64,000 nt of DNA from Candidatus Thorarchaeota archaeon (lineage in GTDB: Archaea; Asgardarchaeota; Thorarchaeia; Thorarchaeales; Thorarchaeaceae), in contig PRDH01000026.1 of the NCBI GenBank assembly GCA_003345545.1, forward strand, positions 86,944 through 150,943, written 5' to 3'. The position numbers were made by a program, and so were the translations under genes. Each line of letters opens with the position of its first letter. The stretch's first letter is position 1. Positions 8,837 to 19,047 of the stretch are shown one piece after another. Below the pieces are notes generated by a model. It was not told the origin of the DNA and made no database searches. It saw only the letters and a program-made list of their open reading frames with translations.

Positions 8837-11623
8837 ATGTTCAAGTACGCCTTCAAGCGAGTAGTCCGCAGCTATCGCCTCTTCGTTGCCCTCACAATTG
8901 GCGTTCTGTTGGCTACAACTTTCTTTGCGTCCACGAATGTTGCGGCTGACATCATATCAAAGGATGCCCTCAGTGCGACCATCGAGAACATCTTGTATGA
9001 CTTTGATGTAGATTCAGAGAACTCGAATTGGACAATTGCGGACGTAAATGGACTGGAGAATGAGCTAGATGCAGTAGACGGTGTTGTAGGCAGCGCCCAT
9101 TCAACCAAGTTCTACTTTGACTACAATGGCACTGGCACGAACATGACAGTTGCAGCCATAGAAATGTCTTCAGACCTTGCTTCAGGCATACAGGTACTTC
9201 AAGGAAGTTTCTCACTGGGGCCGAACGAAACTTATGTTGTGAGGGGCTCCAAGAATGAGTCACTCTTTTCTCTGGGGCAAGTACTGGAGGTTCAGATTCG
9301 CGTTTCCAGATTGTTTATGCCCCCACAGACAATAGCCAGAAACCTCACAGTCGTCGGATACATCGACTTGCCTCAGAGAAACAGAGAGGCAATAATTCCG
9401 TCATTCGGCGCAGGAATCATGGCGATACTCGAAGGTCTGGGCGGCGGTGCACGCGCATTCACCTTCGACACCTCCTACAATCTTGTGTTAGCTGATTGGG
9501 ACATGGTCATGGATTCTATCTTGCGAGAGGCTGAGACCATTACTGGTCACACTCACCTCGGAATTAGTACCTCAATTCACCTCCAGATAGATAGAGCAAA
9601 TTACCTCAATCCCTATGATATCACGAATTCGCTCCAGAGAATCCAGAACTTAGCAGATGTGATCAGCGAGCACACTAGTGCCTATGGTGCAGGCGTGTCC
9701 TCGAACCTTCAGGGCCGTCTTGTCGTCTATCAGTTCACCCAGCTCATAATGAGTGCGCAGTTTCTTGCATTGTCTCTACCCATCTTTCTTCTGGCCTACT
9801 TCACAGGCACAATGGTTAGCGACGTAGGATACAATTTCAGAAGACGCGAGATAGGCCTCCTACTTACGAAGGGCTACGAACGAGGAACTATTAGGCGGAT
9901 GTTCCTAGTCGAAGGAGCTCTCATCGGAGCAATTGCAGGAGCAGTTTCTGTCTTTCTAGGCACCGCGTCGGCATACATTATCCTAGGCGTTGAGAACCTG
10001 AACATGTTCCAAGCGATTCTTGACAATCTAGTGTCAGTAATCCTTTCTGTCATTCTAGGCATGTTTCTTGGTCTTCTCTCGGTGTGGCGTCCTTCTGGAC
10101 GGGCATCGAAACTCGAAATTCTGGACGCTCTCAAGCAGTACATCTTTGTTGAAGAAACCTCAGAGTACAAGAAACTGCTGCCTACTATCTGTTTGATCTT
10201 GGGAACCTACAAGCTAATTGTCTGGACCCTAGGGATTGACATGAGCGGGCTACTTGGTAGCATAAGCTTCGGGAACCTTTTCGTTTCAATCGCCATCGTC
10301 GCCTGGCTTGCGGTTGATGGTGTGCTTAATAGTATAGGCCCGCTCCTCTTTCTCTACGGCGCGACAAAGGTATTCATTCGAGGCTCGCAGAAGTTCCAGG
10401 AGGCCGTTATGAGCGCAGGCCGTAGGTTCTTTGGTGCTTTCGGGAAGCTAGCTACAAGCAATATCAAACGTCACCCGGCTCGTAATGCAACACTTGTATT
10501 CATAGCTGCTCTAATTGTTTCGTATGGCATCTTTGCTACTGGGAGTCTGTACTCTCAGTACGATTTTACTGAAAGAACCGCTAGATACGATGTCGGTGCA
10601 GATGTGAGGCTCCAGCTCAACGCTGGTACGAATATGACTGAAATGCTCGGAGCTGTTTTGGAGTACGAATCAGTTCAGAATGTGACTCCAGAATACACCC
10701 TGAACCTCCGAGCTGGAACGAGCACAATAGATGCCCGAGGAATTCGACCGGAAGAATGGAGGGACATTGCCTTTTGGGAACCAGGGTGGTTCATTGGCGA
10801 CGTCGAACAAATGTTCGAGGACCTCACAGATGACAGCATAATCCTCTCGCTGGATGTAGCGCAGCGACTTGATCTCTCTGTTGGTGACACAATCAATGTT
10901 GCAGGTCCATTTTCGTCTGGGACACATGCGCTCACAATTGTGGGGCTTGTTGGCTATCTCTCACCAATTGAGCAAATTGCGGGAGGGTTTCAGTTCTCCA
11001 TTGGTGGTGACTACACATCCTTTGTGTCTGAGGGCTTTCTCAACTCCAGTTTGCTAATCTATACATCGACTGCCAATGTGCTCATCGACACTGTGAACAA
11101 CACGAATGGTACCCAACTGCAGGAACAGCTGGCAGCTGAGCTCAGCGGGGTCTATGCAAGTTACTCGGTCACAACTGAGCTAACAGATTATCAGACTAGC
11201 GTTATCAGGAGCGGCACAACAAAGATACAGTGGCTGGCAATTTCATTCGCTGTCATTCTCGCAATGGTTGGTACTGCATTGGTGGTGATTCTTACTCTAC
11301 AGGAGAAGGATGCTGAGATAGCTCTCCTCTCAGTGCGCGGCTTCAGCAAATGGCAATTGTTCAAGACTCTCTTGGCTGAGGTAATGGTGACTGTCTTCTT
11401 TGCACTTCTGCTTGGCATAGCCGTGGGATATATCGAGAACCTTGGACAAATCGCCTCGCTCAATGAGAGCACAACGGGCCTGATCCGGTACAGAATGGCA
11501 TTAGGAGGGACAGCGGGCTACACGATTCTGCTACTTCTCTCTGTGGTGCTGTTAGCCGCTATTATTCCTGTTTGGTGGTCTTCAAGGAGGCCGGAATCGA
11601 AAATTGATCTACTAAGGGTATAG
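8837..11623 (+). CDS. FtsX/MacB-family (type VII) ABC permease, duplicated architecture
   Basis: Two FtsX units (RRREIGLLLTKG; KDAEIALLSVRG) and two large extracellular domains. Confidence 0.88.
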   Translation: MFKYAFKRVVRSYRLFVALTIGVLLATTFFASTNVAADIISKDALSATIENILYDFDVDSENSNWTIADVNGLENELDAVDGVVGSAHSTKFYFDYNGTGTNMTVAAIEMSSDLASGIQVLQGSFSLGPNETYVVRGSKNESLFSLGQVLEVQIRVSRLFMPPQTIARNLTVVGYIDLPQRNREAIIPSFGAGIMAILEGLGGGARAFTFDTSYNLVLADWDMVMDSILREAETITGHTHLGISTSIHLQIDRANYLNPYDITNSLQRIQNLADVISEHTSAYGAGVSSNLQGRLVVYQFTQLIMSAQFLALSLPIFLLAYFTGTMVSDVGYNFRRREIGLLLTKGYERGTIRRMFLVEGALIGAIAGAVSVFLGTASAYIILGVENLNMFQAILDNLVSVILSVILGMFLGLLSVWRPSGRASKLEILDALKQYIFVEETSEYKKLLPTICLILGTYKLIVWTLGIDMSGLLGSISFGNLFVSIAIVAWLAVDGVLNSIGPLLFLYGATKVFIRGSQKFQEAVMSAGRRFFGAFGKLATSNIKRHPARNATLVFIAALIVSYGIFATGSLYSQYDFTERTARYDVGADVRLQLNAGTNMTEMLGAVLEYESVQNVTPEYTLNLRAGTSTIDARGIRPEEWRDIAFWEPGWFIGDVEQMFEDLTDDSIILSLDVAQRLDLSVGDTINVAGPFSSGTHALTIVGLVGYLSPIEQIAGGFQFSIGGDYTSFVSEGFLNSSLLIYTSTANVLIDTVNNTNGTQLQEQLAAELSGVYASYSVTTELTDYQTSVIRSGTTKIQWLAISFAVILAMVGTALVVILTLQEKDAEIALLSVRGFSKWQLFKTLLAEVMVTVFFALLLGIAVGYIENLGQIASLNESTTGLIRYRMALGGTAGYTILLLLSVVLLAAIIPVWWSSRRPESKIDLLRV

Positions 11624-11632
11624 GTGCGAAAG

Positions 11633-12526
11633 ATGATGAACAATACAGCATACATTCAGACCGATGACTTGGTGAAGGTGTTTCGCCTCGGAAATGTTGA
11701 GGTGCAGGCCTTGCGAGGCTTGTCGATGCAGGTCAATAAGGGGGAGATGGTGGCCATTGTTGGAGCATCGGGCTCTGGAAAGACCACGCTGCTCAATATC
11801 CTGGGTGGCATTACGAGAGCTACTGCTGGAAGGACCGTGGTAGCGGGATATGATGTCACAAACGCCAATCCTACCCAGCTAGTTGCCCTTCGCCGGGAAA
11901 TCGTCGGCCATATCTTCCAAGAACTGAACCTTCTTAGTACCCTCACCGCGTACGAGAATGTCGAGCTTCCGATGCTTGCCGCTAAGAAGGATGGAAGTAC
12001 CAGAAAGAGGCGAGTTGAGGAACTCCTCTCAGTAGTTAGCCTCGAGGATAGAAAAGACCACAAGCCCGATGAGCTCTCTGGGGGCGAGCGTCAACGAGTG
12101 GCCATCGCCGCTGCAATTGCAAATGACCCAATGGTATTACTCTGTGACGAACCCACCGGGGACCTCGACACGGAAACTGGTGGCGTCATTGTCCAGTACT
12201 TGCACAAAGTGAACAAGGAATATGGTAAGACAATCATCATGGTGACACACGATCCCTCTATTGCTAGGCAGTGCGATAGAATCTACAGGATTCGTGATGG
12301 CCAGATAATCTCAGTCCAGTCTCCTACTGCAGACCAGGAAATGGGTGCAGCATCCAGAGTCGACGTCGTTAGAGAACGCCTAAAGGAGATCAAAGATGAG
12401 ATTACTAGACTTGACGAAGCCGCAAGAAAAGGTACTCTCGACCTTGGCGTGTTCGCAGGGCAAAGGACGAGACTAGTCGACAGGCAGAAGATATTCGAAG
12501 AGGAACTCCACCGACTAGGTCTATAG
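11633..12526 (+). CDS. LolD/MacB-type ABC ATPase with C-terminal helical extension
   Basis: GASGSGKT, LSGGERQRVA, LLCDEPTGDLD and VTHD; AGGTG RBS before ATG 11633. Confidence 0.92.
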   Translation: MMNNTAYIQTDDLVKVFRLGNVEVQALRGLSMQVNKGEMVAIVGASGSGKTTLLNILGGITRATAGRTVVAGYDVTNANPTQLVALRREIVGHIFQELNLLSTLTAYENVELPMLAAKKDGSTRKRRVEELLSVVSLEDRKDHKPDELSGGERQRVAIAAAIANDPMVLLCDEPTGDLDTETGGVIVQYLHKVNKEYGKTIIMVTHDPSIARQCDRIYRIRDGQIISVQSPTADQEMGAASRVDVVRERLKEIKDEITRLDEAARKGTLDLGVFAGQRTRLVDRQKIFEEELHRLGL

Positions 12527-12575
12527 TGCGATACGTTTTTGATGCACCTGCTCTCCCTAGTTTCAAGTGATCTTG

Positions 12576-13445
12576 ATGGCATTACCCATAATGATGGTGC
12601 ATGGCGGTGCAACAAGATTCCAGACCAGATTCCATAAGGATATTCTGAACGCTGTTGAGAAAGCTGCTCGCACGGGGATGTGTGTTTTCACCAAAGGGGG
12701 TTCCTCACTGGACGCTGTAGAGGCCGCCGTATATGTTCTTGAAGAAACGAATCTATTCACTGCAGGTCGGGGCGCAAGCAAGAACCAAGACGGAGAGATC
12801 GAATTGGATGCTATGATCATGGACGGCAACCGTCTTGAGAGTGGCGCCGTAATGGCCGTTCAAGACATTATTCATCCCATCTCTCTTGCACGTTATGTGC
12901 TGGAGAGAACCTCGAACTATCAAATTGCAGGAAAGGGAGCAAATAGGCTCTACCAGAAGATGATAGCTGAAGGATATCGCGAGGAGGTGGATACCAAGAG
13001 AACATCCGTGCCCAGTATCGCAGCAGGATGTGACACAGTCGGAGCAGTTGCCGTCGATGCAGACGGTCGAATGGCTGCTGCAGCTTCTACGAGTGGCTGG
13101 CCGGGCAAGCTCGTGGGAAGAGTCGGTGACTCCCCGATCATCGGAGCAGGAGTCTATGCCAACGATGTGGCTGCAGCTTGCTGCACGGGAAAAGGCGAAC
13201 AGATACTGAGGATTACGATGGCGAGAATGGCGGTTTATCACGTTGAGGATGGCTTGACTGTCGAGGAAGCTGCCGAGAGGATAATGGGCGAATTGCGACA
13301 GAAGACAAGTGGAGAAGCAGGCATTATTCTGGCTGATTCCAGGGGGAATATGACTGTTCGATTCGACACTACCCATATGCCCACTGCAATACTGTGCTCC
13401 GATTCGAATGTCCCCTATGCATCAATGGTTCCCAAATGGCCTTGA
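12576..13445 (+). CDS. iaaA: Isoaspartyl peptidase / L-asparaginase (Ntn hydrolase)
   Basis: VHGGA, ELDAMIMDG, D-TVGAVA (nucleophile Thr) and GRVGDSPIIGAG. Confidence 0.88.
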   Translation: MALPIMMVHGGATRFQTRFHKDILNAVEKAARTGMCVFTKGGSSLDAVEAAVYVLEETNLFTAGRGASKNQDGEIELDAMIMDGNRLESGAVMAVQDIIHPISLARYVLERTSNYQIAGKGANRLYQKMIAEGYREEVDTKRTSVPSIAAGCDTVGAVAVDADGRMAAAASTSGWPGKLVGRVGDSPIIGAGVYANDVAAACCTGKGEQILRITMARMAVYHVEDGLTVEEAAERIMGELRQKTSGEAGIILADSRGNMTVRFDTTHMPTAILCSDSNVPYASMVPKWP

Positions 13446-13678
13446 CTAGTAACGAAGGACTATCATCTATGGAGAACAGAAACAGTCACCGTCGGAGATC
13501 CAGCTATGCCCTCTGAATTTGTCGTAAAGTAATGCGCTAGTCACCAAGACTCATAATCGTAGGCACTTCGACGAAGTCCAAAGACATATCGCCTGCGAGC
13601 AGAGTAGAGTATCCACGGTGGGAGATACTTCAGTCTAGAGACCGAGAGCCGCCGAGTCGTCGACAGATCGCTACTCGT

Positions 13679-14158
13679 TCACTTTCTCTTTTTGCTGTCA
13701 TCTATAATCTTAACGATTTCCTCCTCAATCGTCGGCGTCATTCTTTGGCGTGTCCTAATACGACCTATCTCTTCTCCTACCTTGTTGAAGATAAGAATCG
13801 TGGGACTGCTCGTGATTTTGAAAGTTTCCACTTCTGGCGGAGACGGAGGTACGGCCCACAGACTCTTTGAACCGTACGGCGGTTTTGTCATTCCGCCTAA
13901 CGCAGGAATCTTCTTTCCTGTCTCTTCCTCTATGAGTGCAAGTACTGGTAGTGCCTTTCTGGAATCTCCACACCAGTCAGCATAGAGGATGACACAGGTG
14001 TAATCTTCACATATTACTTTGAGCCGTTCCAAAGCCTTGGCGTTAAGTGAGTAATCCTCTTTCTGTCTGATGAAACCACCACGATACATTTGGGGAATCG
14101 TCTCAATGCATTCGGACGCGCCCTTGGTATCCTTCTGAATATCTTCTAGAGTTGGCAA
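13679..14158 (-). CDS. Thioredoxin-family protein (Thioredoxin_9-like, WCGDS)
   Basis: ADWCGDS and SSPTILIF..GEEIGR. Confidence 0.8.
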   Translation of the reverse strand: MPTLEDIQKDTKGASECIETIPQMYRGGFIRQKEDYSLNAKALERLKVICEDYTCVILYADWCGDSRKALPVLALIEEETGKKIPALGGMTKPPYGSKSLWAVPPSPPEVETFKITSSPTILIFNKVGEEIGRIRTRQRMTPTIEEEIVKIIDDSKKRK

Positions 14159-14187
14159 AATTCGCGACCTCAGTAGAAATCGATAAC

Positions 14188-14664
14188 CTATTCGGGGTCA
14201 CAGACAATGTCAGTGCCCTTTATTCCTTTCTTTGATTGTAGAGGGGATTGCTTGATCAGACGGATGAGTTTCGTGAGACCTACATGGTGGGATTTTTCTT
14301 CATCCTGCATGTGCTCGACTAGGAGCTGTGCAATTGGGTCGTTGATTTCCCCGAGAGCCTTACCAAGGAGCAAAACCATTTGGTTCTCGTCGTCCGCGAG
14401 TGACCTAAGCTCTCTGTCAAGCTTCACTCTGCCTGCATAACGTCCCACTTTGGCAGACCACTCATCACACGGAGTTGTGGTTAACACTTCTATCATTCCT
14501 TCTAGGAACTTGATGTGTTTCCACGTGTCTAGTCGAAGGTCCATGAATGCTAGTCTTACTGTTGTTTCATTCGCTGCTTCCTCAAGCTTGACAAGTTTCT
14601 CAAGTGTCTTCTTTTCGATGTCAATCTGCTCTCTGAATACATTGATTACTTCGGTACTGCTCAC
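14188..14664 (-). CDS. Ferritin-like / rubrerythrin-like four-helix protein
   Basis: QIDIE...DTWKH and DDE...EEKSHH duplicated E/DxxH pattern; start placed at GTG 14664. Confidence 0.7.
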   Translation of the reverse strand: MSSTEVINVFREQIDIEKKTLEKLVKLEEAANETTVRLAFMDLRLDTWKHIKFLEGMIEVLTTTPCDEWSAKVGRYAGRVKLDRELRSLADDENQMVLLLGKALGEINDPIAQLLVEHMQDEEKSHHVGLTKLIRLIKQSPLQSKKGIKGTDIVCDPE

Positions 14665-14773
14665 TTGTCTGTCCCCTTGGATATTAACTATTGTTATTAT
14701 TTGCACCGGTTTTCTGTATTTAAAACTATCTTTACCTGTTTATTCAATATTCCGGTTTGAGACATTCCTCTCA

Positions 14774-15778
14774 CTACCCCATATGTAATGCTCTGCGGTG
14801 ATCAGGATGATCAAACTGCTGTTCCTGCTCATGCTTGTTGCCTAGAAACTGATTCATCATTAATGCTGCATAATTCCCTGTTCCTACTGCCATAGCTATC
14901 TGCTGCGTTATGGGTCTCACATCGCCTGCCGACCAAATGCCTTCAACGTTTGTTTTCCCGCGATGGTCAGTGACTATGTTCCCTTTTTCATCTACTTCTA
15001 TCCCTATTTGTCGCGCGAGTTCTGATCTCGCGACACCGACATGGGCGACAAAGAACACGTTGGCTTTCAGTACTCGGCCGTCTGCGAGGCTCACTGACTG
15101 GACTATTCCGGGCCTCAGAAAGCTAATCGACTTGATAATACCTCTGGTCCAAGGAAAGGGTGAACTATCCAGCTTGGAGAGATCCTGGCTTTCAATTGGA
15201 ACATACGCATCTTCAGTCATTAGAATCTGAATCTTATCGGTAAAGCGCGTGAGCGAGTTACCTACATGGAGAGCGCTTCCTACTGTGCCTACATTTACGA
15301 TCAGAACCTCTTTTCCTTTGCACAATGGCGCCTCGCAGTCGGGACAATAGAATGCTCCGTTTCCGACATTTGCTGCTGGTAGCCATCCTCTCCACTGCCC
15401 ATTTACCTTTGGGTGCTTTCTGGCTGTTCCAGTAGCTATGAGAAGCAACTTCGCATGATACTCATTCTCATCCTTGGTCCGGTAGCTTGGAGATGTTCTG
15501 ATCTTGAAATTGGGGTATCGACCTGATATCTCCACGACATCTGCGGCGACAAATTCAGCTCCAGCAGCTCGGGCTTCTCCTTGCATGCTGCGCAGGAGAC
15601 TACGACCTTCGTGGTAGACCGAGCCCGTGAAGTTCAGGATGGAGTTCGTATGAAATGCCATTGGGCTGGTTCCTCGATCCAAAACCAGCACAGAACGTTC
15701 ATGGAAAGCAAGATGAAGTGCCGCTGAGCATCCGGCAGGGCCGCCACCAATGATGATTGCATCATAAATCTTAACCAT
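14774..15778 (-). CDS. Thioredoxin reductase-like flavoprotein with degenerate NADPH site
   Basis: IIGGGPAG, ATG, YCPDCE and SAGD...QQIAMAVGTG; GGGxSA is replaced by NVGTVGSA. Confidence 0.8.
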   Translation of the reverse strand: MVKIYDAIIIGGGPAGCSAALHLAFHERSVLVLDRGTSPMAFHTNSILNFTGSVYHEGRSLLRSMQGEARAAGAEFVAADVVEISGRYPNFKIRTSPSYRTKDENEYHAKLLLIATGTARKHPKVNGQWRGWLPAANVGNGAFYCPDCEAPLCKGKEVLIVNVGTVGSALHVGNSLTRFTDKIQILMTEDAYVPIESQDLSKLDSSPFPWTRGIIKSISFLRPGIVQSVSLADGRVLKANVFFVAHVGVARSELARQIGIEVDEKGNIVTDHRGKTNVEGIWSAGDVRPITQQIAMAVGTGNYAALMMNQFLGNKHEQEQQFDHPDHRRALHMG

Positions 15779-15850
15779 AGTGCATTTCACTCATCCTAGA
15801 AGTTTTGATTATGGCGTTATAAGCATGTGGTGTGAGGCAATTTGCCACTA

Positions 15851-16483
15851 TCACCCACCGAGACAATCCGCGCAGATACTACAGCCGAGGTCAAAAGCTC
15901 TTGAGTTGGCTTCGATGGTTTTAGGAGGGACAAGAGCAAGAACTGCCTTTTTTACTACCTCCTTAGGAATTGGAAAATCCGCGCATGCAACTGTAGCGCC
16001 GACCAGAACTGAGTTCTCAGTTCTTGGATTTCCTGCCTGCAATGCCAGATTGAGAGAATCGAGTACGACAACCTTACTTGTGACTTGCTTCAGCCGCTCT
16101 GTGATCTGTTCAACTGTCAGATACTTGGTCTTCTTTTCCTTATCCGATGCAAGCTTCTTGGTTTCGATGACGGTTGGCATTATCCGGTTGCTTGTAATGA
16201 TGATCCCATCCTTCTTCAGGTACTCGATGTACCGAAGTGTTTCGGTTGCTTCCATTGATAACATCATGTCTGCCTTCCCATATGGAATAAGCGGCGAGAG
16301 CGGGGCTCCAATTCGAAAGTGAACGTAGATTGAACCGTGTCTCTGCGAGAGTCCGTGTTGCTCACCAGTCATGATGTTGAAGCCGGAGTCAAGTCCAGCC
16401 TTACCAAGAATAGCTGATAAGAGCATCAGACCTTGCCCTCCTACTCCACAGAATAGGATGTTGTAGGTCTCTCCCTTCTTCAT
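15851..16483 (-). CDS. iorB: Indolepyruvate:ferredoxin oxidoreductase beta subunit
   Basis: CGVGGQG, EQHGLSQRHGS, SPLIPYGKAD and GNPRTEN; overlaps iorA (ATGA). Confidence 0.93.
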   Translation of the reverse strand: MKKGETYNILFCGVGGQGLMLLSAILGKAGLDSGFNIMTGEQHGLSQRHGSIYVHFRIGAPLSPLIPYGKADMMLSMEATETLRYIEYLKKDGIIITSNRIMPTVIETKKLASDKEKKTKYLTVEQITERLKQVTSKVVVLDSLNLALQAGNPRTENSVLVGATVACADFPIPKEVVKKAVLALVPPKTIEANSRAFDLGCSICADCLGG

Positions 16484-18384
16484 CGGCCTTTCACCTCCAC
16501 ATGCTTAGGCGCATTCACGGGACATGCTTGTCTACATTCAAGACATCCATCGCACAATTCCTGCTGAATTATCATCTTGTGGTCTTTCTCATCAATGGCA
16601 ATGGCCGGGCAATAGAAATCCCTTATGCAAGCGTAGATACTACGACAGATGTCTTTCATATTTTCACTAGGAACAATTATCTCGCCGGCCTCCCTTTTGA
16701 GGCGATCTCCGTAGAGTGCACAATCACGTCGGGAGATTATGACATTGAATCCATCGGCCTCCATTGCCTTCTTGATGGGGGCAATGCAATCACGCGTCTC
16801 GTATGGATCGATTATGGTGACAGAGTCTGCGCCAAGCGCATCGAACATCTTTTCCATGTTGATTTTACGAGCTTCATGTCCGCCTGCGTTATACGGCGAG
16901 TTTGGATTGTATTGCTGTCCTGTCATTGCAGTGACTGCGTTATCAAGAACAAAGAGTGTCACGTTCGCATTGTGATGGATGAGATTGACGACGCCAGGCA
17001 GAGCAGCATGGTATAGAGTGCTGTCTCCCACCATGGCAATCACTTTGTCTTCGAGCGCCATCTCCATACCCGCAGAAATCCCAAGAGAAGACCCCATCGC
17101 CAGCATTGAATCACTGAACTCATTCGGCGGAAGGAAGGCCATTGAATAGCAGCCGATATCGTTGTTAAACACAATCTTGTTTTGGATTCGTAATTGCTGC
17201 AGGGCTTGTCGGAAAGCCCATAGCGTGCCCCTATGCGGACAGCCGGGACAGAAGATTGGAGGTCTCTCTGGAAGCATGTCCTTGAGTTCTTCCGCTTTCT
17301 TCAGGATTGCATCATAATCCATACTAGGCTTCTTTCCGAGGACTTGAGCCAAGGCAGTTTCAACAATTGGCACATTGTATTCAAGCATCTCACTGAAGTG
17401 CCCACTCTTCTTGCCCAGAATCTTGAGGCTCGGATTATACGTGTGTGCTAGTGCCGCTATTCGTGTTTCAAGATAGGGCGCCAGCTCCTCCACGACTATG
17501 AGAGTCGATATAGTCTTCAGGAATTCTCCAAGTTTTTTCTCAGGAAACGGGAAGACAGTGCCAAGCTTGAACATCGGCAGCTTCACTCTAAGGTTTCGCA
17601 TTGCTTCTCTCGTGTGATCATAGGAAACACCTGCGGTGAGTATCCCCACGGTACCGCTACCCGGTACAACGAAGTTGAAATCGGACTCCTCGAAATCCGC
17701 CCTAATCGCATCGATCTTTTGCAGAAGCTTCGCTTTTAGGGCTCTGGCAACTTCTCCGACAGTGTAGTAGGGCCCTTTGATGTCTTGCCATCTGTTCTTC
17801 TTGAAGGGAGTTCTATCGAGCCTGCCGAGCTTCACCACCCCACGTTGATGATTGACACGCGTCGTAGTTCTGAGAATGACTAGCGTCTTGTGCTTCTCCG
17901 AGACCTCGAAAGCCCATTTCGTCATATCGAGCGCCTCTTGAGCTGTTGACGGTTCAAGCATAGGTACGTATGCAGCCTCTCCAAAGTACCGCCCATCCTG
18001 CTCAGATTGAGAGGAATGCGCGTGTGGGTCGTCCGCAATTAGACACACGCAGCCGGCATTGAGTCCGGTGTACCCGATACTGAACATCGAATCGCTCGCG
18101 ACATTCATTCCCACGCTCTTCATAGATGTGAATGACCTCAGTCCAGCCATCGAGGCTCCGGCGACGGTTTCAAGTGCAACTTTCTCGTTTGATGAGATAT
18201 GCATCTTATAATCGCCAAAGTGATCAATGACCTCACTAAATGTATCCAGAATCTCTGAAGTGGGTGAACCAGGGTAGAAAGCCACTACCTTCACATTGGC
18301 CTCTAAAGCTCCGCGTACGACGGCCTCGTTAGCAAGCAGAAGAGCATTTCCTGTGTCTGTGCGCTTAACGTCTTCAACTGTCAT
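16480..18384 (-). CDS. iorA: Indolepyruvate:ferredoxin oxidoreductase alpha subunit
   Basis: YPGSPTSEI, NEKVALE, SSQSEQD, RPPIFCPGCPHR, DIGCY, GDST and a C-terminal ferredoxin domain. Confidence 0.95.
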   Translation of the reverse strand: MTVEDVKRTDTGNALLLANEAVVRGALEANVKVVAFYPGSPTSEILDTFSEVIDHFGDYKMHISSNEKVALETVAGASMAGLRSFTSMKSVGMNVASDSMFSIGYTGLNAGCVCLIADDPHAHSSQSEQDGRYFGEAAYVPMLEPSTAQEALDMTKWAFEVSEKHKTLVILRTTTRVNHQRGVVKLGRLDRTPFKKNRWQDIKGPYYTVGEVARALKAKLLQKIDAIRADFEESDFNFVVPGSGTVGILTAGVSYDHTREAMRNLRVKLPMFKLGTVFPFPEKKLGEFLKTISTLIVVEELAPYLETRIAALAHTYNPSLKILGKKSGHFSEMLEYNVPIVETALAQVLGKKPSMDYDAILKKAEELKDMLPERPPIFCPGCPHRGTLWAFRQALQQLRIQNKIVFNNDIGCYSMAFLPPNEFSDSMLAMGSSLGISAGMEMALEDKVIAMVGDSTLYHAALPGVVNLIHHNANVTLFVLDNAVTAMTGQQYNPNSPYNAGGHEARKINMEKMFDALGADSVTIIDPYETRDCIAPIKKAMEADGFNVIISRRDCALYGDRLKREAGEIIVPSENMKDICRSIYACIRDFYCPAIAIDEKDHKMIIQQELCDGCLECRQACPVNAPKHVEVKGR

Positions 18385-18564
18385 CTCTAGACCTCAGTAT
18401 CTATTAACTCAAACCGCTCTATTGGAGTGCAAGCGCGAACATAAGCATTAGCAAATGGCTCTTCTGCGAGAGTAGTGATTCCATGAACAAGTGATCGACG
18501 CATCATGGAGGTGATGTGTGCGTTCTCAAGCCGCCCTCAGTAGGCGCGGCTAATCCGCGTGGTG

Positions 18565-19047
18565 CTATCCGCCCGGACTACCATGCCATGGATTGTCTTT
18601 CCAAATAGTATCCCAGATCATATCTTCGGTGAGCGTCTCTGGTTCTATGACTACTTTGTGAAGCTCCTTCAACAAAGCATGATGCCGTATCTCATCTTCT
18701 CGGATCATGCTAGCAATGGTCTTCACCTTCTCGTCTTTGCTTCTCTCAGTCAGCTCAGCATATGTTTCTACGGCCTGCTCCTCCATCTTGATGTGAGCCT
18801 CTATGCCCTTAGCAATCTTATTGCGTTCCCTCTCGCTGATGAAGGGCGCTGGACCCTCTACTGCCTTTCTCAGAGATTTCAAGAGGGCTGCATGCTTCTG
18901 CGAGTCTGTTGAAACGGCAAGCAGCAAATCCTTGACAAAGACGTTGCCAAGTTTCTCAACATTCTCTCTCACAATCTCTATTATCTTGTGTTCAAGGGCA
19001 ATCTGTCTATCAATGAACTTCAGAGTTTCTTCTTTGTCCAATATCAT
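18565..19047 (-). CDS. Ferritin-like / rubrerythrin-family protein
   Basis: QIALE..DSQKH and HIKME..DEIRHH; C-terminus WKDNPWHGSPGG. Confidence 0.75.
   Translation of the reverse strand: MILDKEETLKFIDRQIALEHKIIEIVRENVEKLGNVFVKDLLLAVSTDSQKHAALLKSLRKAVEGPAPFISERERNKIAKGIEAHIKMEEQAVETYAELTERSKDEKVKTIASMIREDEIRHHALLKELHKVVIEPETLTEDMIWDTIWKDNPWHGSPGG

Noticed and set aside
11621-11626. Permease-ATPase fusion by read-through (TAG immediately followed by in-frame GTG)
   Set aside because: AGGTG here is best explained as the RBS for ATG 11633, and both genes are complete on their own.
12753-13376. Long antisense ORFs in the track (also 15780..16322, 34083..34676, 42096..42656, 43068..43628, 52354..52899)
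   Set aside because: They overlap well-supported genes on the opposite strand or in another frame and lack any family motifs.
13445-13679. Second GCTATGCCC copy and small hairpins in a convergent intergenic gap
   Set aside because: A 9-mer match is expected by chance in 64 kb, and there is no extended similarity to the 7855 element.
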